This document shows, one piece after another, positions 1 through 12,000 of a stretch of 64,000 nt of DNA. Each line of letters starts with the position of its first letter. Within the stretch, counting starts at the first letter, position 1. The stretch is from Eledone cirrhosa. Taxonomy: Eukaryota. The position numbers and the translations under genes were made by a program. The notes beneath the pieces were generated by a model. That model searched no databases. It was not told the origin of the DNA and saw only the letters and a list, made by a program, of their open reading frames with translations. The stretch spans positions 18,290,001 to 18,354,000 of the forward strand of contig OZ024744.1 in the NCBI GenBank assembly GCA_964016885.1, read 5' to 3'.

Positions 1-3000
1 AATGTTTGTGTGTGTCTGTGTCTCTGTCTATGTCACTGTGTGTTTGCTTGTGTCTGTGTCACTGTGTATGTCACTGTGTGTTTCTGTATGTCTGTGTGAC
101 TGTGTATGTCACTCTGTGTTTGTGTATGTCTGTGTCACTGTGTGTGTTTCTGTATGTCTGTGTCACTGTGTATGTCATTGTATCTTTGTGTTTGTATGTG
201 TCACTGTGTATGTCACTGTGTGTTTGTGTATACCTGTGTCACTGTGTATGTTAATGTGAGTTTCTGTATGTCTGTGTCACTGTGTACGTCACTGTATATT
301 TCTGTATGTCTGTGTCAGTGTGTATGTCACTGGGTGATTCTGTATGTCTGTGTCACACTGTATATCACTGTATCTTTGTGTAGGTCTGTGTCACCGTGTA
401 TGTCACTGTATCTTTATGTATGTCTGTGTCACTGTATATGTCACTGTATCTTTGTGTATGTCTACGTCACTGTGTATGTCACTGTGTGTTTCTGTATGTC
501 TGTGTCTTTGTGTATGTTACTGTACCTTTGTGTATGTCTGTGTCACTGTGTATGTCACTGTGTGTTTCTGTATGTCTGTGTCACTGTGTATGTCACTGTG
601 TGTTTCTGTATATTTGTGTCTCTGTGTATGTCACTGTATCTTTGTGTATGCCTGTGTCACTGTGTATGTCACTGTATTTTTGTGTATGTCGGTGTCACCG
701 TGTATGTCACTGTAACGTTGCGCATCTCTGTGTCACTGTGTATGTCACTGTATCTTTGTGTATGTCTGTGTCACTGTGCATGTCACTGTGTGTTTCTCTA
801 TGTATGTGTCACGGTGTATGTCACTGTATGTTTGTGTATGTCTGTGTCACTGTGTATGTCACTGTATCTTTGTGTATGTCTGTGTCACTGTGTATGTTAC
901 TGTGTGTTTCTGTATGTCTGTGTCACTGTGTATGTTGTTGTGTCTTTCTGTATGTCTGTGTCACTGTGTATATCACTGTATGTTTGTGTGTGTCTGTGTC
1001 ACTGTGTATGTCACTGTATGTCTCTGTATGTCTGTGTCACTGTCTATGTCACTGTATCTTTGTGTATGTCTGTGTCACTGTGTATGTCACTGTGTGTTTA
1101 TGTATTTCTGTGTCTCTGTATATGTCACTGTATCTTTGTGTATGTCTGCGTCACTGTGTATGTCACTGTATGTTTGTGTATGTCTGCGTCACTGTATGTT
1201 TCTGTATGTGTGTGTCACTGTGTATATCACTGTATGTCTGTGTATGCCTGTGTCACGGTGTATGTCACTGTATGTTTGTGTGTGTCTGTGTTACTGTGTA
1301 TGTCACTGTGTGTTTGTGTATGTATGTGTCACTGTATGTTTCTGTATGTCTGTGTCACTGTGTATGTCACTGTGTGTTTCTGTATGTCTGTGTCACCGTG
1401 TATGTCACTGTATCTTTGTGTATGCCTGTGTCACTGTGTATGTCACTGTGTGATTCTGTATGTCTGTGTCACTGTGTATGTCACTGTGTGTTTCTGTATG
1501 TTTGTGTCACTGTGTATGTCAATAAATGTTTGTGTGTGTCTGTGTCTCTATGTATGTCACTGTGTATTTGCGTGTGTCTGTGTTACTGTGTATGTCACTG
1601 TTTGTTTGTGTATGTCTGTGTCACTGTGTGTGTTTCTGTATGTCTGTGGCACTGTGTATGTCATTGCATCTTTGTATATGTCTGTGTCACTCTGCTTGTC
1701 ACTGTGTGTTTCTGTATGTCTGTGTCACTGTGTATGTCACTGTATGTTTCTGTATGTCTGTTTCACTGTGTATATCACTGTGTGTTTCTGTATGTCTGTG
1801 TCACTGTATATGTCACTGTATCTTTGTGTATGCCTGTGTCACTCTGTATGTTACTGTGTGTTTCTGTATGTCTGTGTCACTATGTATGCCACTGTATGTT
1901 TGTGTTGTCTGTGTCATTGTGTATGTCACTGGGTGTTTCTGTATGACTGTGTCACTGTGTATGACAATGTGTCTTTCTGTATGTATGTATCACTGTGTAT
2001 GTCACTGTGTGTATCTGTATGTCTGTGTCACTGTGTAAGTCATTGTATCTTTGTGTATGTCTGTGGCACTCTGTATGTCGTTGTGTGTTTCTGTATGTAT
2101 GTGTCTCTGTGTATGTCACTGTATATTTGTGTATGTATGTGTCACTGTGTATGTCACTGTGAGTTTCTCTATGTCTGTGTCACTGTGTATGTCACTGTAT
2201 GTCTCTGTATGTCTGTGTCACTGTCTATGTCACTGTATCTTTGTGTATGTCTGTGTCACTGTGTATGTCACTGTGTGTTTCTGTATGTCTGTGTCACTGT
2301 GTATGTCACAGTGTGTTTCTGTATATATGTGTCTCTATGTATGTCACTGTATCTTTGTGTATGTCTGTGTCACTGTGTGTTTCTGTATGTCTGTGTCACT
2401 GAGTATGTCACTGTATGTTTGTGTGTGTCTGTGTCACTGTGTATGTCACTGTGTGTTTGTGTATGTCTGTGTCACTGTATGTCTGTGTCACTGTGTATGT
2501 CACTGTTTGTTTCTGTATGTAAGTGTCACTGTGTATGTCACCGTATGTGTGTGTATGTCTGTGTCACGGTGTATGTCACTGTATCTTTGTGTATGCCTGT
2601 GTCACTGTGTATGTCAATGTGTGTTTCTGTATGTCTGTGTCACTGTGTATGTCACTGTATGTTTGTGTGTGTCTGTGTCACTGTGTATGTCAATGTCTCT
2701 GTGTGTTTCTGTATGTCTGTGTCTCTGTGTATGTCACTGTATCTTTGTGTATGTATGTGTCACTGTGTATGTCACTGTGTGTTTCTGTATGTCTGTGTCA
2801 CTGTGTATATCACTGTGTGTTTCTGTATATCTGTGTCTCTGTGTATGTCACAGTATCTTTGTGTATGTCTGGGTCACTGTGTATGTCACTGCATATTTGT
2901 GTATGTCTATGTCACCGTGTATATCACTGTATGTTTGTGTATGTCTGTGTCTCTGTGTATGTCACTGTATCTTTCTGTATGTCTGTGTCACTGTGTATAT

Positions 3001-6000
3001 CAATGTGTGTTTCTGTATCTCTGTGTCACGGTGTATGTCACTGCATGTTTGTGTATGTCTGTGTGACTGTGTATGTCACTGTGTGTTTCTGTATGGCTGT
3101 GTCACTGTGTATATCACTGTATGTTTGTGTATGCCTGTGTCACGGTGTATGTCACTGTATGTTTCAGTATGTCTGTGTCACTGTGTAAGTCATTTTATCT
3201 TTGTGTATGTCTGTGGCACACTGTATGTCGTTGTGTGTTTCTGTATGTATGTGTCTCTGTGTATGTCACTGTATATTTGTGTATGTATGTGTCACTGTGT
3301 ATGTCACTGTGAGTTTCTGTATGTCTGTGTCACTGTGTATGTCACTGTATGTCTCTGTATGTCTGTGTCACTGTATATGTCACTGTATCTTTGTGTATGT
3401 CTGTGTCACTGTGTATGTCACTGTGTGTTTATGTATTTCTGTGTCTCTGTATACGTCACTGTATCTTTGTGTATGTCTGCGTCACTGTGTATGTCACTGT
3501 ATGTTTGTGTATGTCTGTGTCACTGTGTGTTTCTGTATGTGTGTGTCACTGTGTATATCACTGTATGTTTGTGTATGCCTGTGTCACGGTGTATGTCACT
3601 GTATGTTTGTGTGAGTCTGTGTCACTGTGTGTTTGTGTATGTATGTGTCACTGTATCTTTGTGTATGCCTGTGTCACTGTGTATGTCACTGTGTGATTCT
3701 GTATGTCTGTGTCACTGTGTATGTCAATGTGTGTTTCTGTATGTTTGTGTCACTGTGTATGTCACTAAATGTTTGTGTGTGTCTGTGTCTCTATGTATGT
3801 CACTGTGTATTTGCGTGTGTCTGTGTCACTGTGTATGTCACTGTGTGTTTCTGTATGTCTGTGTGACTGTGTATGTCACTGTTTGTTTGTGTATGTCTGT
3901 GTCACTGTGTGTGTTTCTGTATGTCTGTGTCACTGTGTATGTCATTGCATCTTTGTGTATGTCTGTGTCATTGTGTATGTCACTGTGTGTTTCTGTATGT
4001 TTGTGTCACTGTGTATGTCACTGTGTGTTTCTGTATATCTGTGTCTCTGTGTATGTTACTGTATCTTTGTGTATGTCTGTGTCACTGTGTATGTCACTGT
4101 ATCTTTGTGTATGTCTGTGTCACGGTGTATATCACTGTATGTTTGTGTATGTCTGTGTCACTCTATATGTCACTGTATGTTTCTGTATGTATGTGTCACT
4201 GTGTATGTCAATGTGTGTTTCTGTATCTCTGTGTCACGGTGTATGTCACTGTATGTTTGTGTATGTCTGTGTGACAGTGTATGTCACTGTATGTTTCTGA
4301 ATGTCTGTGTAACTGTGTATGTCATTGTATTTTTGTGTTTGTATGTGTCACTGTGTATGTCACTGTGTGTTTGTGTATACCTGTGTCACTGTGTATGTTA
4401 CTGTGAGTTTCTGTATGTCTGTGTCACTGTTTACGTCACTGTATATTTCTGTATGTCTGTGTCAGTGTGTATGTCACTGGGTGATTCTGTATGTCTGTGT
4501 CATACTGTATATCACTGTATCTTTGTGTAGGTCTGTGTCACTGTATATGTCACTGTATCTTTGTGTATGTCTGTGTCACTGTGTATGTCACTGTGTGTTT
4601 CTGTATGTCTGTGTCACTGTGTATATCACTGTGTGTTTCTGTATATCTGTGTCTCTGTGTATGTCACTGTATCTTTGTGTATGTCTGTGTCACCGTGTAT
4701 GTCACTGTAACGTTGTGTATCTCTGTGTCACTGTGTATGTCACTGTATCATTGTGTATGTCTGTGTCACTGTGCATGTCACTGTGTGTTTCTGTATTTAT
4801 GTGTCACGGTGTATGTCACTGTATGTTTGTGTATGTCTGTGTCACTGTGTATATCACTGTATCTTTGTGTATGTCTGTGTCACTGTGTGTGTTACTGTGT
4901 GTTTCTGTATGTCTGTGTCACTGTGTATGTCTTTGTGTCTTTCTGTATGTCTGTGTCACTGTGTATATCATTGTATGTTTGTATGTGTCTGTGTCACTGT
5001 GTATGTCACTGTATGTCTCTGTATGTCTGTGTCACTGTCTATGTCACTGTATCTTTGTGTATATCTGTGTCACTGTGTATGTCACTGTGTGTTTATGTAT
5101 TTCTGTGTCTCTGTATATGTCACTGTATCTTTGTGTATGTCTGCGTCACTGTGTATGTCACTGTATGTTTGTGTATGTCTGCGTCACTGTATGTTTCTGT
5201 ATGTGTGTGTCACTGTGTATATCACTGTATGTTTGTGTATGCCTGTGTCACGGTGTATGTCACTGTATGTTTGTGTGTGTCTGTGTCACTGTGTATGTCA
5301 CTGTGTGTTTGTGTATGTCTGTGTCACTGTATGTTTCTGTATGTATGTGTCACTGTGTATGTCACTGTGTGTTTCTGTATGTCTGTGTCACCGTGTATGT
5401 CACTGTATCTTTGTGTATGCCTGTGTCACTGTGTATGTCACTGTGTGATTCTGTATGTCTGTGTCACTGTGTATGTCATTGCATCTTTGTATATGTCTGT
5501 GTCACTCTGCATGTCACTGTGTGTTTCTGTATGTCTGTGTCACTGTGTATGTCACTGTATGTTTCTGTATGTCTGTTTCACTGTGTATATCACTGTGTGT
5601 TTCTGTATGTCTGTGTCACTGTATATGTCACTGTATCTTTGTGTATGCCTGTGTCACTCTGTATGTCACTGTGTGTTTCTGTATGTCTGTGTCACTATGT
5701 ATGCCACTGTATGTTTGTGTTGTCTGTGTCATTGTGTATGTCACTGGGTGTTTCTGTATGACTGTGTCACTGTGTATGACACTGTGTCTTTCTGTATGTA
5801 TGTATCACTGTGTATGTCACTGTGTGTATCTGTATGTCTGTGTCACTGTGTAAGTCATTGTATCTTTGTCTATCTCTGTGGCACTCTGTATGTCGTTGTG
5901 TGTTTCTGTATGTATGTGTCTCTGTGTATGTCACTGTATATTTGTGTATGTATGTGTCACTGTGTATGTCACTGTGAGTTTCTCTATGTGTGTGTCACTG

Positions 6001-9000
6001 TGTATGTCACTGTATGTCTCTGTATGTCTGTGTCACTGTCTATGTCACTGTATCTTTGTGTATGTCTGTGTCCCTGTGTATGTCACTGTGTGTTTCTGTA
6101 TGTCTGTGTCACTGTGTATGTCACAGTGTGTTTCTGTATATATGTGTCTCTATGTATGTCACTGTATCTTTGTGTATGTCTGTGTCACTGTGTGTTTCTG
6201 TATGTCTGTGTCACAGAGTATGTCACTGTATGTTTGTGTGTGTCTGTGTCACTGTGTATGTCACTGTGTGTTTGTGTATGTCTGTGTCACTGTATGTTTC
6301 TGTATGTCTGTGTCACTGTGTATGTCACTGTGTGTTTCTGTATGTATGTGTCACTGTGTATGTCACCGTATGTGTGTGTATGTCTGTGTCACGGTGTATG
6401 TCACTGTATCTTTGTGTATGCCTGTGTCACTGTGTATGTCACTGTGTGTTTCTGTATGTCTGTGTCACTGTGTATGTCACTGTATGTTTGTGTGTGTCTG
6501 AGTTACTGTGTATATCAATGTCTCTGTGTGTTTCTGTATGTCTGTGTCTCTGTGTATGTCACTGTATCTTTGTGTATGTATGTGTCACTGTGTATGTCAC
6601 TGTGTGTTTCCACTGTGTGTTTCTGTATGTCTGTGTCACTGTGTATATCACTGTGTGTTTCTGTATATCTGTGTCTCTATGTATGTCACTGTATATTTGT
6701 GTATGTCTGGGTCACTGTGTATGTCACTGCATATTTGTGTATGTCTGTGTCACTGTGTATATCAATGTGTGTTTCTGTTTCTCTGTGTCACGGTGTATGT
6801 CACTGCATGTTTGTGTATGTCTGTGTGACTGTGTATGTCACTGTGTGTTTTTGTATGGCTGTGTCACCGCGTATATCACTGTATGTTTGTGTATGTCTGT
6901 GTCTCTGTGTATGTCACTGTATCTTTCTGTATGTCTGTGTCACTGTGTATATCAATGTGTGTTTCTGTATCTCTGTGTCACGGTGTATGTCACTGCATGT
7001 TTGTGTATGTCTGTGTGACTGTGTATGTCACTGTGTGTTTTTGTATGGCTGTGTCACTGTGTATATCACTGTATGTTTGTGTATGCCTGTGTCACGGTGT
7101 ATGTCACTGTATGTTTCTGTATGTCTGTGTCACTGTGTAAGTCATTTTATCTTTGTGTATGTCTGTGGCACACTGTATGTCGTTGTGTGTTTCTGTATGT
7201 ATGTGTCTCTGTGTATGTCACTGTATATTTGTGTATGTCTGTGTCACTGTGTATGTCACTGTATGTCTCTGTATGTCTGTGTCACTGTCTATGTCACTGT
7301 ATCTTTGTGTATGTCTGTGTCACTGTGTATGTCACTGTGTGTTTATGTATTTCTGTGTCTCTGTATACGTCACTGTATCTTTGTGTATGTCTGCGTCACT
7401 GTGTATGTCACTGTGTGTTTGTGTATGTATGTGTCACTGTATGTTTCTGTATGTCTGTGTCACTGTGTATGTCACTGTGTGTTTCTGTATGTCTGTGTCA
7501 CCGTGTATGTCACTGTATCTTTGTGTATGCCTGTGTCACTGTGTATGTCACTGTGTGATTCTGTATGTCTGTGTCACTGTGTATGTCAATGTGTGTTTCT
7601 GTATGTTTGTGTCACTGTGTATGTCACTAAATGTTTGTGTGTGTCTGTGTCTCTATGTATGTCACTGTGTATTTGCGTGTGTCTGTGTCACTGTGTATGT
7701 CACTGTGTGTTTCTGTATGTCTGTGTGACTGTGTATGTCACTGTTTGTTTGTGTATGTCTGTGTCACTGTGTGTGTTTCTGTATGTCTGTGTCACTGTGT
7801 ATGTCATTGCATCTTTGTGTATGTCTGTGTCATTGTGTATGTCACTGTGTGTTTATGTATGTTTGTGTCACTGTGTATGTCACTGTGAGTTTCTGTATAT
7901 CTGTGTCTCTGTGTATGTTACTGTATCTTTGTGTATGTCTGTGTTACTGTGTATGTCACTGTATCTTTGTGTATGTCTATGTCACGGTGTATATCACTGT
8001 AAGTTTGTGTATGTCTGTGTCACTCTATATGTCACTGTTTTTTTCTGTATGTATGTGTCACTGTGTATGTCAATGTGTGTTTCTGTATCTCTGTGTCACG
8101 GTGTATGTCACTGTATGTTTGTGTATGTCTGTGTGAATGTGTATGTCACTGTATGTTAATGTATGTCTGTGTCACTGTGTATGTCACTGTGTGTTTCTGT
8201 ATGTCTGTGTCACTGTGTATGTCACTGTATATTTGTGTATGTCTGTGTCACTGTGTATGTCACTGTGTGTTTCTGTATGTCTGTGTCACTGTCTATGTCA
8301 CTGTATGTTTCTGAATGTCTGTGTAACTGTGTATGTCACTGTGTGTTTCTGTGTGTCTGTGTCACGGTGTATGTCACTGTATGTTTGTGTGTGTCTGTGT
8401 CATTGTGTATGTCACTGTGTGTTTCTGTATGTCGCTGTCACCGTGTATGTCACTGTATCTTTGTGTATGTCTGTGTCACTGTGTATGTCACTGTGTGTTT
8501 CTGTATGTCTGTGTCACTGTGTATGTCACTCTGTGTTTCTGTATGTTTGTGTCACTGTGTATGTCACTAAATGTTTGTGTGTGTCTGTGTCTCTGTCTAT
8601 GTCACTGTGTGTTTGCGTGTGTCTTTGTCACTGTGTATGTCACTGTGTGTTTCTGCATGTCTGTGTGACTGTGTATGTCACTGTGTGTTTGTGTATGTCT
8701 GTGTCACTGTATGTTTCTGTATGTCTGTTTCACCGTGTATGTCACTGTGTGTATCTGTATGTATGTGTCACCGTGTATGTCACTGTATCTTTGTGTATGC
8801 CTTTGTCACTGTGTATGTTACTGTGAGTTTCTGTATGTCTGTGTCACTGTGTACGTCACTGTATATTTCTGTATGTCTGTGTCAGTGTGTATGTCACTGG
8901 GTGATTCTGTATGTCTGTGTCACACTGTATATCACTGTATCTTTGTGTAGGTCTGTGTCACTGTATATGTCACTGTATCTTTGTGTATGTCTACGTCACT

Positions 9001-12000
9001 GTGTGTGTCACTGTGTGTTTCTGTATGTCTGTGTCTTTGTGTATGTTACTGTACCTTTGTGTATGTCTGTGTCACTGTGTATGTCACTGTGTGATTCTGT
9101 ATGTCTGTGTCACTGTGTATGTCAATGTGTGTTTCTGTATGTTTGTGTCACTGTGTATGTCACTAAATGTTTGTGTGTGTCTGTGTCTCTATGTATGTCA
9201 CTGTGTATTTGCGTGTGTCTGTGTCACTGTGTATGTCACTGTGTGTTTCTGTATGTCTGTGTGACTGTGTATGTCACTGTTTGTTTGTGTATGTCTGTGT
9301 CACTGTGTGTGTTTCTGTATGTCTGTGTCACTGTGTATGTCACTGTGTGTTTCTGTATGTTTGGTCACTGTGTATGTCACTGTGTGTTTCTGTATATCTG
9401 TGTCTCTGTGTATGTTACTGTATCTTTGTGTATGTCTGTGTCACTGTGTATGTCACTGTATCTTTGTGTATGTCTGTGTCACGGTGTATATCACTGTATG
9501 TTTGTGTATGTCTGTGTCACTCTATATGTCACTGTATGTTTCTGTATGTATGTGTCACTGTGTATGTCAATGTGTGTTTCTGTATCTCTGTGTCACGGTG
9601 TATGTCACTGTATGTTTGCGTATGTCTGTGTGACTGTGTATGTCACTGTATGTTTCTGAATGTCTGTATAACTGTGTATGTCACTGTGTGTTTCTGTGTG
9701 TCTGTGTCACGGTGTATGTCACTGTATGTTTGTGTGTGTCTGTGTCATTGTGTATGTCACTGTGTGTTTCTGTATGTCGGTGTCACCGTGTATGTCACTG
9801 TATCTTTGTGTATGCCTGTGTCACTGTGTATGTCACTGTGTGTTTCTGTATGTCTGTGTCACTGTGTATGTCACTGTGTGTTTCTGTATGTTTGTGTCAC
9901 TGTGTATGTCACTAAATGTTTGTGTGTGTCTGTGTCCCTGTCTATGTCACTGTGTGTTTGCGTGTGTCTTTGTCACTGTGTATGTCACTGTGTGTTTCTG
10001 CATGTCTGTGTGACTGTGTATGTCACTGTGTGTTTGTGTATGTCTGTGTCACTGTATGTTTCTGTATGTCTGTTTCACTGTGTATGTCACTGTGTGTTTC
10101 TGTATGTATGTGTCACCGTGTATGTCACTGTATCTTTGTGTATGCCTTTGTCACTGTGTATGTCACTGTGTGTTTCTGTATGTTTGTGTCACTGTGTATG
10201 TCACTAAATGTTTGTGTGTGTCTGTGTCACTGTGTATGTCACTGTGTGTTTGCGTGTGTCTGTGTCACTGTGTATGTCACTGTGTGTTTCTGTATGTCTG
10301 TGTGACTGTGTATGTCACTCTGTGTTTGTGTATGTCTGTGTCACTGTGTGTGTTTCTGTATGTCTGTGTCACTGTGTATGTCATTGTATTTTTGTGTTTG
10401 TATGTGTCACTGTGTATGTCACTGTGTGTTTGTGTATACCTGTGTCACTGTGTATGTTACTGTGAGTTTCTGTATGTCTGTGTCACTGTGTACGTCACTG
10501 TATATTTCTGTATGTCTGTGTCAGTGTGTATGTCACTGGGTGATTCTGTATGTCTGTGTCACACTGTATATCACTGTATATTTGTGTAGGTCTGTGTCAC
10601 TGTATATGTCACTGTATCTTTGTGTATGTCTACGTCACTGTGTATGTCACTGTGTGTTTCTGTATGTCTGTGTCTTTGTGTATGTTACTGTACCTTTGTG
10701 TATGTCTGTGTCACTGTGTATGTCACTGTGTGTTTCTGTATGTCTGTGTCACTGTGTATATCACTGTGTGTTTCTGTATATCTGTGTCTCTGTGTATGTC
10801 ACTGTATCTTTGTGTATGTCTGTGTCACTGTGTATGTCACTGTATCTTTGTGTATGTCGGTGTCACCGTGTATGTCACTGTAACGTTGTGTATCTCTGTG
10901 TCACTGTGTATGTCACTGTATCTTTGTGTATGTCTGTGTCACTGTGCATGTCACTGTGTGTTTCTGTATGTATGTGTCACGGTGTATGTCACTGTATGTT
11001 TGTGTATGTCTGTGTCACTGTGTATGTCACTGTATCTTTGTGTATGTCTGTGTCACTGTGTATGTTACTGTGTGTTTCTGTATGTCTGTGTCACTGTGTA
11101 TGTCTTTGTGTCTCTCTGTATGTCTGTGTCACTGTGTATATCACTGTATGTTTGTATGTGTCTGTGTCACTGTGTATGTCACTGTATGTCTCTGTATGTC
11201 TGTGTCACTGTCTATGTCACTGTATCTTTGTGTATGTCTGTGTCACTGTGTATGTCACTGTGTGTTTATGTATTTCTGTGTCTCTGTATATGTCACTGTA
11301 TCTTTGTGTATGTCTGCGTCACTGTGTATGTCACTGTATGTTTGTGTATGTCTGCGTCACTGTATGTTTCTGTATGTGTGTGTCACTGTGTATATCACTG
11401 TATGTTTGTGTATGCCTGTGTCACGTTGTATGTCACTGTATGTTTGTGTGTGTCTGTGTCACTGTGTATGTCACTGTGTGTTTGTGTATGTCTGTGTCAC
11501 TGTATGTTTCTGTATGTATGTGTCACTGTGTATGTCACTGTGTGTTTCTGTATGTCTGTGTCACCGTGTATGTCACTGTATCTTTGTGTATGCCTGTGTC
11601 ACTGTGTATGTCACTGTGTGATTCTGTATGTCTGTGTCACTGTGTATGTCACTGTGTGTTTCTGTATGTTTGTGTCACTGTCTATGTCACTAAATGTTTG
11701 TGTGTGTCTGTGTCTCTATGTATGTCACTGTGTATTTGCGTGTGTCTGTGTCACTGTGTATGTCACTGTGTGTTTCTGTATGTCTGTGTGACTCTGTATG
11801 TCACTGTTTGTTTGTGTATGTCTGTGTCACTGTGTATGTCATTGCATCTTTGTATATGTCTGTGTCACTCTGCATGTCACTGTGTGTTTCTGTATGTCTG
11901 TGTCACTGTGTATGTCACTGTATCTTTGTGTATGCCTGTGTCACTCTGTATGTCACTGTGTGTTTCTGTATGTCTGTGTCACTATGTATGCCACTGTATG

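Noticed and set aside
96-112. Hairpin formed by variant GTGAC with downstream GTCAC; GACACTGTGTC near-palindrome at ~5778
   Set aside because: Only 5-bp stems created by single substitutions; no terminator or structured RNA support.
772-785. CACTGTGCA as a possible RSS signal joint
   Set aside because: It continues TGTCAC rather than CAGTG. This is a single T>C variant, and no orientation switch follows.
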